A stretch of 64,000 nt of DNA from Camelus dromedarius (lineage: Eukaryota): the NCBI RefSeq assembly GCF_036321535.1, contig NC_087438.1, positions 8,556,001-8,620,000 of the forward strand, written 5' to 3'. Below, one piece after another: positions 26,031 through 36,870 of the stretch. The translations under genes and the position numbers were made by a program. Position 1 is the stretch's first letter, and each line of letters opens with the position of its first letter. The notes under the pieces were generated by a model. The model did not search any database. It was not told the origin of the DNA and worked only from the letters and a program-made list of their open reading frames with translations.

Positions 26031-28328
26031 CCTATATTGATAAAATAAAAACTGCAAATACCACGTAATGTTAGAGGCCAACTGCACCATTTTTTGAGAG
26101 AAGGAATTGGAGGCCCAGGGACTTCAAATGTGATGCCTAAATTCCCACAGATCATTCACAGCCGATATTAAAACGGAAATGTTGGTAGTTAGAAACTGAA
26201 TACTTGATACCACTTTCAAAGTGCTCTTGCCAAGAAGAAAGATAATATTTGGATATCTGGGGGTAGGAAATATTTTAACATTAAAAATGTTCTTCACTTT
26301 GCATCAAAAATATTAATGTTGCATGTAATATACAAGCAGAGGTAAGCCCACGGTAATCTGAAATAATTAACTAAACAGTGTCAGGCAAATCTCTCTCAAG
26401 TTTATGGCCAAATAATAGTTTTTATTCTCAAATTCACAAGAAGAGTGGGTGTGGCATTATAAAGTAATAGGGCCAGGTCAGTCATTCAGTTGTGCTGTTG
26501 GCTTCATGACTGGTGACATTTTCATTCAAAACATCGAAACAGCTCGTTTCCTAAATTGCTTTGAAGCAAACCTACAGAATGCTGGCTTATCTCATAGACT
26601 CCCTCCTTTCTCTTTACTGTTTCATTTCCTTCAGAGCTATCAGATTTATAATAATCCAAAATCTTTTTAAAAAGAAAAACATGGTGAAATCTTCTGAAGC
26701 CAGACTTTCAGTTTACCAAGTTCTCAGAAGCTGTACCGAAGACAGACTTTCTGGCACCCTCTAGAGGCTTTACTTGTGTCTCTAAATGACCTCCACTGAG
26801 TATGTAGTTCCTCCTTGTGTTGTTGGTAACACTTCAGTAATTTAAAGTGAAGCAACTCTGCACAATTCATTTTGAGACCTGAGTCTGGAGGAAAATAAGA
26901 GACAACTGAGGCAGTAAGAGTTTCCGCTGGCCAATTTACTATTTTGTTATTGGGAAGAAGAAATGATTAACCATTTAGAGGGAGGGTGTGTAAAGAAGTA
27001 ATATGATCTGTTGTGATGACCTCTGGATATTTCCTGCAGAAAACCTATTCACTCCTGAATAGTTATTTAATAGTCTCTTGCACATCTGTCCAAAACTCCT
27101 ACACCTTAACAAAAAAATGCAAAAGGTAGTTTCAAGATGTTTACAGTGCTTAAGGTAGAGCACACTCATGGACAAGTATTTAAAAGTTAACCACTGTCAT
27201 GATGCCACCTGAAATGACCTGAATTGACACCTAACATGGAAACAGTCACTCCAAAAGTTACTTTTCCAAACCATGCAAGGCAGCCAGTGGCAGGTGAATG
27301 ACGGTGCGTCTGTTTCCACGACCAGGGTATGGACACAGATGAGGATTTATCCCACTAACCCCTATATATTTATCTTTCAAGGGAAATCGGGTCACAAGGA
27401 GATTTTATTGACTGTCTGTGAGTTTACCGCTTTATCATAAAGTTAAAATCAATATTAACATGTTGCCTGTAAGTTGCCTCTCCATCCTGAACCAACTAGA
27501 AAGGAGTGCATGGAATTTTAAACATAGCATCTACTTTTTTGCTAGCAGAGCTGAATTGTCAGCTTGGACTGGAGCCCAAAGCAGCCACTCCACAATGTCC
27601 CTTTCTGAGTGGAATCTTCCCAGCTGGGCAAGGAGTTGCAACTGAGGCTACGCCCAAGCCACCGGCCCGAGAAGGAGAGTATGTGCACTTGGAGAGCAGC
27701 CTTGCGCTGACCTTCAACACACTCATTCCACCAACAGAAGGACCAATTGGGGTAACAAAGACGACAAGCAAGAAAGAGCCCAGAAGAGATCACCTAATGT
27801 TACCATCCCCAGGGAGTGCAGGGGATAGGAAAACTAGCATAAGATATTCTTGCTTTATTAAAGCTTATTTGGAAGATTTCTAGAGAAATACCTCACTGAT
27901 TTAGTTTCAAGAATATGAAGGGTTTTAAATTATTTTTTACGGAGTGTGTGTGACATGTGGGGAAGCACCATGGTAACATGTCTGGACTCTAAAATTGGAG
28001 ATTTGGGTTAAAATCTTACATTAGAGATTTGATGGCAGTATTTTAAATTAAGATGTATATGAAATCACTTTTATTATCTATATTTCACACATGTGTTCAT
28101 AACTTCACAGCTTCACGTCTGCTAACACCCAAGGTGCATACTGTTTGTTACTCAGGTTAATTACCTCCCATCTCACCTTCCGTCTGCACACCCCATCATT
28201 TTGTGACCATGCAACAAGACTTGTCCCTTTACAGGAAGCATTTTCATAGCTCATGTGTAAGGACACAGAAAAGATTCCACGTTTCTCATTTCATTTGGCA
28301 TTGCAATTTTCTTCTAACTGTGAAAGAT

Positions 28329-28408
28329 GGGGGGAGATTGCCAACATGGCGGAGTAGAAGGACACATAGCTCGTCCTCCCCCACCAATACACCTAGAATT
28401 ACAACTAT
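28329..28408 (+). mobile_element. Isolated L1 5'UTR start fragment with YY1 site
   Basis: gggggagattgccaacatggcggagtagaaggac...gctc.tcctcccc.ccaatacac resembles recalled laurasiatherian L1 5' termini (aagatggcggagtagaaggac); AACATGGCGG at 28343-28352. Confidence 0.6.
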
Positions 28409-30139
28409 GGAGTGGTCAGTTCGTACAACAAATAGGCTACCTACATTTTCATTTCTGCTGATGACATCTGTGACTCAAAGAGAACAACTGTGGGACATGT
28501 ATTGTAAGTTTGGTTACACTGCCATGTTGATGCATAAATGAATAAATTTTCCATTTTCTTAACGGCCGTGTCATGACTATTAGAGACTTTCAAGCCCTAC
28601 TAGTCTATGGGGGACAGAAATGTTGATCACTCTTGTTGCAGGCTTGCTTTAAAGGAAAAGAGGGGAAAGCAAGCTCTTAAGCCCTATCCTGGTTCTATAT
28701 TAAAACAGCAACTTTAATGATAAAATTCTCTCATTCTTATGAATTCATTCTTGTGAAAAACTTATCATAACCTCCACACTGCACAAAACATGGTATTAAA
28801 ATCAAATGTCATTGAATCACTGATGTGTAACAACATTTACGTCGGGAAACGAGCACAAACAAGAGTTACCCAGCCCTCACCCAGACAACTTGTACTCAGT
28901 CAATGTAAACCTCATCACTGATCTTCAGAGGGGAACACAACCCAGACACCCTTCATGACAGATATCAAGGAACGCGTATGTCCTGGTGATTAAGTTGTTA
29001 TTTTCCATTTTGAAAAAATTAAATTATCTAATCCCAAATTGGTGTGTACAAATGGAAAACAAATAAACCTTTAACCTCTTAGATGATTCACGGCCACATC
29101 CTCCATTTTGGGGAGTAATTCAGAAATAACTTTCTTATAGAACTGCCAAGTCTTTATTCATTTAGGAACAAAGGTTTGTTTCTAAACTATTACATCATTC
29201 TGGTAGAAACCCGTGTTCTACTGAGTTTCAAACACTAGTTATTAGCCTACTGGGCTATCCTGTTCGCCAGCTGCATGTAGTCACTTCCCACAGCCTCACT
29301 TTTTGCCTCCTAGCACCCTAAATCCACCATTGCGCTGACGCAAGTACACGGCTTCTATGGTTGTTACTCTCAGATACATAACTCAACCAAAAATCTTCAC
29401 ACCCTGGCAAAGACAAAATGCTGCCCAAAGCACCTTAGCACTTGGGACTAGAATCTGGGTTTTACTAGAAAGATCTGCTACTAGTACAGGGAGTTCCCAA
29501 TCCATGAACAGCGGAAAGAAAGTAATGAAAGCCAAATGCTGGCTCTCCATCAGGAATGTTACTGTTTCCACAACAGGCTTAACGGAGCATCCTTGATAAG
29601 GAATTAAATAGACTAAATCATGAAGAAAGTATACAAATTCTCCATTTTTACACCAACTGTATCATGATGGAATCAGATTATATAAGACATTTAACCTGGT
29701 GCTACTCCCATGAAGAAGCAGAAGACAAGGTCCACTCCTATCCCTACTCCCTTGAAAGAAGGAAAATACTATGTCATGTGTATGATTATACATTTATACC
29801 TATTTATAGATAGAAAATCTTTCAACAAGGTGACTTGGGCAACACTTAATCGCAGAGCTAAAATCAATATAATCATATTCTTCCAACAAACTGTTTGCAT
29901 GTGTGTATACACACACATACTTATGAAAATGCATATAAGTATTTAAACAAAATAGAAAGATAACTTCTCATGGAAAGTGAAGCTGAGAGAAACAGTCCAA
30001 GAGCCTAATCTGAATTATCTTAAAAACATACCCCCTATTCCTGAGCATTTAATAATGCTATGAATTGAAATAAGTGTTCAAAGCTAGTACTGTTTTGCTC
30101 TGTACTTTTGCCATTTTAATTGGCACTGAGCTGTAAATA

Positions 30140-30240
30140 TTTTCTAAAGTTTATTATGTCTCAAAGTTAACTTTTAAAAGTAAAATTATCTGAATTATCA
30201 CTATTAATCAAGCGTGGAAGAAATAAGCTAAATTTAACAT
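30140..30240 (+). repeat. Second local diverged direct repeat, copy A (copy B at 31604-31700)
   Basis: Exact shared 19-mer atgtctcaaagttaacttt (30156-30174 / 31623-31641) with colinear flanks tctgaa.tatca.tat.aatcaagc...aagaaa. Confidence 0.8.
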
Positions 30241-30254
30241 GTTGACATTTTAAA

Positions 30255-30600
30255 CTTGCTGAATTCTCTTTGTAGTTTTGCAAGTTAATCCTTCGAAGAT
30301 TCCTTTGGGATTTGTATATAAACATTCATATTATCTGCAAATCAGTTTTAAATGTGTTTCTTCTTTTCTAGTCCTTTGCCTCTTGTCTTTTCTTGTCTTA
30401 TTGTGATGTCTGAGGTCAAAGAAGTGGTGAGAGCAGATACTTTGTTTCTGTGATTAAAATGGTCCTATAAACTAACAATTTCAGTATTATTTAGATGACT
30501 TAGGTTAAGAATACTCTCTTTATTTCCTAGTTTACTAAGGTTTGTTAACTATGACCTCGTGTGAAATGTATCATTTTTAAGACACTGATTGGAATGCTCA
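30255..30600 (-). mobile_element. Old L1 (L1M/L1ME) ORF2 remnant
   Basis: gattcctttgggattt...cattcatattatctgcaaat...gtggtgagagcagatac...ttaaga...ctctttatttcctagtttactaag. Confidence 0.6.
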
Positions 30601-30619
30601 TTGATTTCTCTCCATCTGT

Positions 30620-31335
30620 TAGTGCAGTGAATTACTCATTGTTGGCCGTCCCCTGCTTGTGTCCTCAGATCCACCCCTCCACCTTGCTGGCTGTGCCCTG
30701 CCTCCTAGCGCCACCCTGCAGTTTTCTGTGCTTCTGTAACAGCAGGCTTCCAGCTGAGTTCAGCCAACAGGAGGTCCTGGCAGGAGCCTGGATGGGAGTA
30801 GGGAGGAGGCAGAACATCACTCTCCCTTCCTCTAGCTTCCCACGGCCTCTCTGACAGTGGCTGCATCCCCACTATGGCTCTAGGTCCTGCTAGAGAAGCC
30901 TGCCCCTCTGAGAAATCCAAGCCTTAACATTCTGGCGGCACTACCTCTGCCTATCTCTCAAGGCGATGGTTTATCAATCTGAGCACTAACGACATTTTGG
31001 GGCCAGATAATTCTCCATTGTCAGGGCAGTCCTGTGCATTATAGAATGTTCAGCGGCATCCTTCCTTGGCCTCTATACACTAGATACCAGTAGCATACCC
31101 TCCCGGTCATGACAATCAAAATGTGTCCAAAGTTGCTCTTGGTGGGGAGAGGAAGCCACAGTCCCTGGTTGGGAAACCCTGCTCCTGGCTAATGGGCATC
31201 ATGCCTCCTGAGGCCAGTCTCTGAGCTACTTCTCTGCCTCCTTGTTTGACTTCTCAGCTTTTCTCTTAACTAATGTAACCAATCTCCTGCATTAAATTCC
31301 CTCTGCTGTAAATACTGAAGTGGTCTGTGACTGAG
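30620..31335. mobile_element. Old ERVL-type LTR (LTR33-like), interrupted by MER20
   Basis: cttccagctgagttcagccaacaggagg.cctggcaggag motif and ttaaattccctctgctgtaaatac end; family assignment tentative. Confidence 0.4.
30963..31180. mobile_element. MER20 element
   Basis: gacattttgggccagataattct...gtcctgtgcattatagaatgttcagcggcatcc...ggcctcta.acactagataccagtagca. Confidence 0.85.
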
Positions 31336-33109
31336 AAAACAAATTTCACTTACTAAAGCATACCTGGAAATTCAGGGAAAACTGTAGGCTTATATATTTT
31401 GTAATAGTTGACTTTTACTTGCTTTCTTTCATTTTACTCTGTTGCCTTTGATTTATTTATTTATTTTTTGAGACAAACACTCAGCTCATTATCGATTCCT
31501 CTTCTGATATATGTAGTGAATGCTAAAAGTCAGTCTGTTTGTGCTACACTAGGTACATTCTTTGAATTTTGCTATTTGCTGTTATAACTGGCATTTGGTT
31601 ACATTTCCTAAAATTCATCATGATGTCTCAAAGTTAACTTTCAAAAATAATTCTGAAGTATCATTATAAATCAAGCATATAAGAAACAGACCATATTTAA
31701 TTTATAAAAGAGGCATTTTTCAAAAGGAAATACTTTTTAAAGTGCATCACCAATATTTGAGTATGTCTGGAGATAATCCCCAAGGTTTAAGGTATCTATT
31801 CTTGAGAAGTTTTTATTTCATATTATTGCCCAATCCACAGCTGGAAAATAAGAGGTTTGGGGGAAAAAGTTCTCACAATTTCAATATCATCCCCATCGTC
31901 ATCATCCTCTTCTGTTTGAGGTACCACTGATCTTTAGTACAAAGACATAAGGGAAGCAAACGCGAAAGACAAATGCTTTATTGCACAGAGGAAGAAGTGC
32001 TACAGTACAAATAGAAGCAAAAAGACGATTTCAAGTTATAAACATCGAATTCTATAAAACTATTTATAAATCCACCTAGTAAGTAATAACACGTAAGCAC
32101 CAGAGAGCAGCATGCAAAATTTTGGAACTTTCTGTGCGACAGAATCAAATAAATGAAACTTGCATATGAGAAAAGAAATGCAGAAGACAATTACCTTCTA
32201 TTCAAGATTGCCTTTTTTGAAAGTGCTTTACAGAATGGCTTAACGATGGCGTACACACAGAGGCACACACAAAGGAAGGGAAGATTTGCAAGCAATCAAG
32301 AGACCTCGTCAAAAGTGCGATTATCTTTTTTCTGAATTGTTTCTCACTTCATAGATCACTGAAAAACTACCTAGTGTGTAATAACAAACATGGTGTAACA
32401 CGTAACCAAGTTATATATATATTTTAAAACCTCTATTATAGAGGCTGCACATTTTCTTCAGTCTGTTCCCTGAAGAATTTCTTCTCTGTTTTCTTCGCTC
32501 TCTCTGCTCACCATTCTGTGTCATGTCTTGTCAAAGTCTGCTCGCTTGTCGCCAGGATGAGCTCCCCAGAGTAAAAGTCAAGGCCAAGTGAGGCAGGGTT
32601 CAAGGGAACCCAAAAAACAAATGGTGTTTTTACTGCTCTTCACTTCCATCTTCATGATACATAACAGAGAAAACAGGGGAAGCACATGTCGGGCAGTGTC
32701 CTATCAGCTAGAACTCGAACTGGGTACAACTACATCAGGAAACTCCTCTAAAGCTTGAAGAGCTGCGAAAGTAGCTAGAAGTTATTTATTTGCAGAACCC
32801 TGAGCCGAAGTAACTTCAGATCCACAGACCACAAAAGACCTGTGTCTACATCTTGTTCGGTTTATTATTTCGTAAGAGCCGTGCCTGTGAGCAGCTGCTC
32901 AGCCTGGACTCTGCCCTCCCCAGACTTCCTGAGAGACCACTGGCTCAGGGGAGCGGGAAGCGCATGGACATGGCAGCCTCACATCCACAAGGTGCGAGGA
33001 GAGCCGGAGCCTCCTGGGAGCTTCGTCTGGCTGTCTCAAATTAATAACGTTTTTCGTTCCTGTCTCCACAATTACACTGGAAGCTTTTTCCAGGGCTCCT
33101 CAAGGCCTC

Positions 33110-33300
33110 CCCGCTCTCTGATTGCCTCTGCCAGCTCCAGCCGCCCCGCGCCGCAGAGCGGCCCGCCGAGCAGCCTGCGGTTGCCATGGAGACGGTGCCC
33201 GCACGGAGCGGGACCGCGAGGCAGATGCCAAGTGGAGCAGCAGAACCGGACCGCCGCCCCGACGACTCCCGAGGTCCTCGGGACAGACACGTTAGCAACA
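33110..33300. promoter_or_regulatory. Small orphan CpG-rich patch with RFX X-box (candidate intronic enhancer or alternative promoter)
   Basis: ~190 nt with many CpGs in an AT-rich intron; GTTGCCATGGAGAC at 33180-33193. Confidence 0.5.
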
Positions 33301-34586
33301 GGGACAGGGAGGTCGGGGAGAGATGACAAGGCAGGAGACAAACCCAGATGAGAAAGAGAGACGTTTAGAATTGGCCAGCGTCTCTGGACATGATACACTG
33401 CTTCTACCAAAATAAAACGCAAAAATCAGGTCTTCGAGTTTATTTTAAAAAAGCTATATATGCATGCATATGCATGTGTGTATATATATAGGAGAAGTCT
33501 GATCTGCCTTTTCTCAACATCTGGGAACAGCACGCCTGAAAGTTCATTTTCATGGAAACATCAAGAAGCAGCCAGAGGGCTTTGGAGTACGCTATCATTT
33601 TATGTGAGCACGTGTTCATAATATTTATTTCCGATCATGATTCACGCCCTAGTCTGTGCCATTAATGAGACTTTGACATTTATCTTCTCCTACTTTTCTA
33701 AAATCCTCAGTTTTTATTTTATGTACAAGAATTCAGAAGCAAAATTTGCTTCCCTAATAAAAACTGTAGGCTTACAAAGGCTAACTCCTAATAAAGCATA
33801 TGGAAGCTGTCCAACTCTCATTCAAGGATTCCACCAACATTTTTTTCTTCCTGTGATACGTTTAAGACTGTTCACCAGTATCCCAGTTCTCCTCATCCTC
33901 CAAGCGTATGGTAGGACTGGGCTTCCTTCTGATACATGACTCAGTCCTCCAGCTCCCTTTCCCTACCTCAATGACCGTGGAAGAAGCCACAAAGATGTAG
34001 GAGCCGCTGGCGGGAGTCCCAGCGTGACAAAGAAGATTATCCAAGTCTCCATTTCCACTTTTTACTGACCGAGGCTGAAAATGCACCAACTTTTACCCTT
34101 TTAAGCTGCTGAATTTGGGGGGCTGTTTGTTAAAGCAGCATAATCTAGCTTATCCTAGTGGGTACACAACCTCTTTGTTCAACTGGAAAATACTGTAATT
34201 AAGACATTATGTTCATTTGTATGAGATGCCCAGAGAATTATACTAGATTCTTTCTCAGACATCAAGGTCTGGCAAGTTAGCAGGTGACTGATACAAAAGA
34301 CAATATATGAAGTACTCTATAGTAAACAGAAAATAAAATTTCTATAGCAGTTCACTTTGGGCTGAAGTTAAGACTAAAAAGCCTTGTAAACTGACTAAGT
34401 TCAATAAAAATATCTATAAAAAATTAATAAAAGTAATGAGTAACTTTGTAAAATAAAAAGACTAAAAGCCTTAGCACAAGAAAGTGGCATTTAAGGTAAT
34501 GATGTTGAACAACGAATAAACCTGAGAAGGCCTTTTACCACAAGTGAGACATGGCCGTCTGTGACACACAATAATGGCTCAACAAC

Positions 34587-34640
<54 letters not shown>

Positions 34641-34656
34641 TATTATTATTATTATT
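34587..34656. repeat. Compound microsatellite (CAT)18(TAT)5
   Basis: Counted directly. Confidence 0.95.
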
Positions 34657-34707
34657 AAAGCCAGAGAACTGCAGGTCCTTCTTGTGTTGAAAAGACTATG
34701 CGTGGTA

Positions 34708-34884
34708 GGTCCAGCTGAATTTCAATTACAGAAAAACAACAATTTTTTTTTTTTTTAGTATAAATGTGTCCCATGCAATATCTGGGACATAATATGCTGA
34801 GGGGGAAAAAAAAACCTACTGTTTATCTGTAATTCAAATTTAACTAGGAGTCCTGTGTTTCCACTTGCTAAATCTAGTAACCTC
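34708..34884. mobile_element. MER53-like palindromic hAT MITE
   Basis: Central gtccca-tgcaatatc-tgggac, arms aattacag / ctgtaatt, terminus ttgctaaatctagtaaccct-like. Confidence 0.8.
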
Positions 34885-35220
34885 ACTATTAGTACATCCT
34901 AGGAATTTCACAGATTGCCTAAGAGGGCCAGTAAGACATTAAAAGTTACCAGTAAAGAAATTCATAAAGACTAATTAGATTATTTTGTTTTGTAAATGGA
35001 AGGAAGTGAAGATTCCCACTCTTATTTGCTAAAATGTTTTCAAAACAAATAATGGCAATGCCCTTGGCTTCTATAAAAGGTACACATCAAACAAAATATA
35101 TTAAGTGAGACAAAATTTTACAAATTTTGAGTTATCCACATCTTATGATTGTAAGCCATCATTTAAAAAAGGAGGGTTTTCTTTTTATTTTTTGGTAATT
35201 TTAAGAAATTATATTCCCTT

Positions 35221-36329
35221 AAACTTACAAGCTTCTGCACACCAAAGGAAACCATAAGCAAAACAAAATGACAACCTAAGGAATGGGAGAAAATTTTTGC
35301 AAATGAAACCAACAAAGGCTTGATCTCCAGAATATATAAGCAGCTCATACGACTTAATAAGAAAAAAACAAACAATCCAATCCAAAAATGGGCAGAAGAC
35401 CTAAACAAGCAATTCTCCGAGGAAGAAATACAAATGATCAATAGGCACATGAAAAAATGCTCAATATCACTAATTATCAGAGAAATGCAAATCAAAACTA
35501 CGATGAGGTATCACCTCACACGAGTCAGAATGGCCATCATTCAAAAGTCCACAAATGACAAATGCTGGAGATGCTGTGGAGAAAAGGGAACCCTCCTACA
35601 CTGTTGGTGGGAATGCAGTTTGGTGCAGCCACTGTGGAAAACAATATGGAGATTCCTCAAAAGACTAGGAATAGACTTACCATGTGACCCAGGAATCCCG
35701 CTCCTGGGCATATATCCAGAAGGAACCCTACTTCAAAANNNNNNNNNNNNNNNNNNNNNNNNNNNNNNNNNNNNNNNNNNNNNNNNNNNNNNNNNNNNNN
35801 NNNNNNNNNNNNNNNNNNNNNNNNNNNNNNNNNNNNNNNNNNNNNNNNNNNNNNNNNNNNNNNNNNNNNNNNNNNNNNNNNNNNNNNNNNNNNNNNNNNN
35901 NNNNNNNNNNNNNNNNNNNNNNNNNNNNNNNNNNNNNNNNNNNNNNNNNNNNNNNNNNNNNNNNNNNNNNNNNNNNNNNNNNNNNNNNNNNNNNNNNNNN
36001 NNNNNNNNNNNNNNNNNNNNNNNNNNNNNNNNNNAGACTCATAGACATAGAATACAAACTTCTGGTTGCCAAGGGGGAGGAGGGTAGGAAGGAATAGACT
36101 GGGAGTTCAAAATCTGTAGATACTGACAGGCATGTATAGAATAGATAAACAAGATTATACTATATAGCACAGGGAAATAGTTACAAGATCTTGTGGTAAC
36201 TCACAGCAAAAAAAAAAAAAAAAGGGACATATATGTATGTTCATGTATAACTGAAAAATTGTGCTCTACACTGGAATTTGACACAACATTGTAAAATGAC
36301 TATAACTCAATAAAAAATGTTTATAAAAA
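35221..36329 (+). mobile_element. Young 5'-truncated L1 (ORF2 C-terminus with CCHC knuckle plus 3'UTR)
   Basis: ORF 35320+ reads ISRIYKQL...[11 protein letters not shown]...[18 protein letters not shown]...[11 protein letters not shown]; perfect 18-bp TSD aagaaattatattccctt at 35203-35220 and 36330-36347; tt|aaga endonuclease site. Confidence 0.95.
35739..36034. other. Assembly gap (296 N) inside the L1
   Basis: Run of N. Confidence 1.
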
Positions 36330-36559
36330 AAGAAATTATATTCCCTTCCATCATATTAACCATAAATCCAGGAGGTGGATGATAAAAACATAGTTTATGC
36401 TGATATACTATTTAATAATTAATAAATCCATTTGAATAACTGTTCTAAAATATCAGGACACAGTCCAAGCCTATTGAAATCAAACAAAATGTCCTTAAAT
36501 GTTCTTTCCTTTACCGAGATCTTTAAAAACTTTGAGAAGGCTTTTTTTTTTTTGGCTGT

Positions 36560-36870
36560 TATTTTATTTTATTGTTGTATTGAAGTATAGTCAGTTTACA
36601 ATGTTGCATCAGTTTCTGACGTACAGCATAATGTTTTAGCCACACATATACATACATATATTCCTTTTCATATTCTTTTTCAGTATAGGTTACTACAAAA
36701 TACATATACATATTTTTTGATTCACACTGTATTCATTTCTGGTATACAGAGTAGTGATTCATGTTCTTTTTCCTTACAGGTTACAAGCCATTGAATCTAG
36801 CTCCCTGTACTATATACAGCAGGACCTTGTTGTTTATCTATTCTGTACATAGCAGTTTGTATCGGCCAAT
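36560..36870 (-). mobile_element. Two adjacent or nested L1 3'-end fragments
   Basis: ttgaagtatagtcagtttacaatgttg..tcagtttctg..gtacagcata then tttctggtatacagagtagtgattca...gcaggaccttgttgtttatctattc. Confidence 0.75.

Noticed and set aside
34561-34758. ORF with poly-Ile
   Set aside because: Translation of the CAT/TAT microsatellite.
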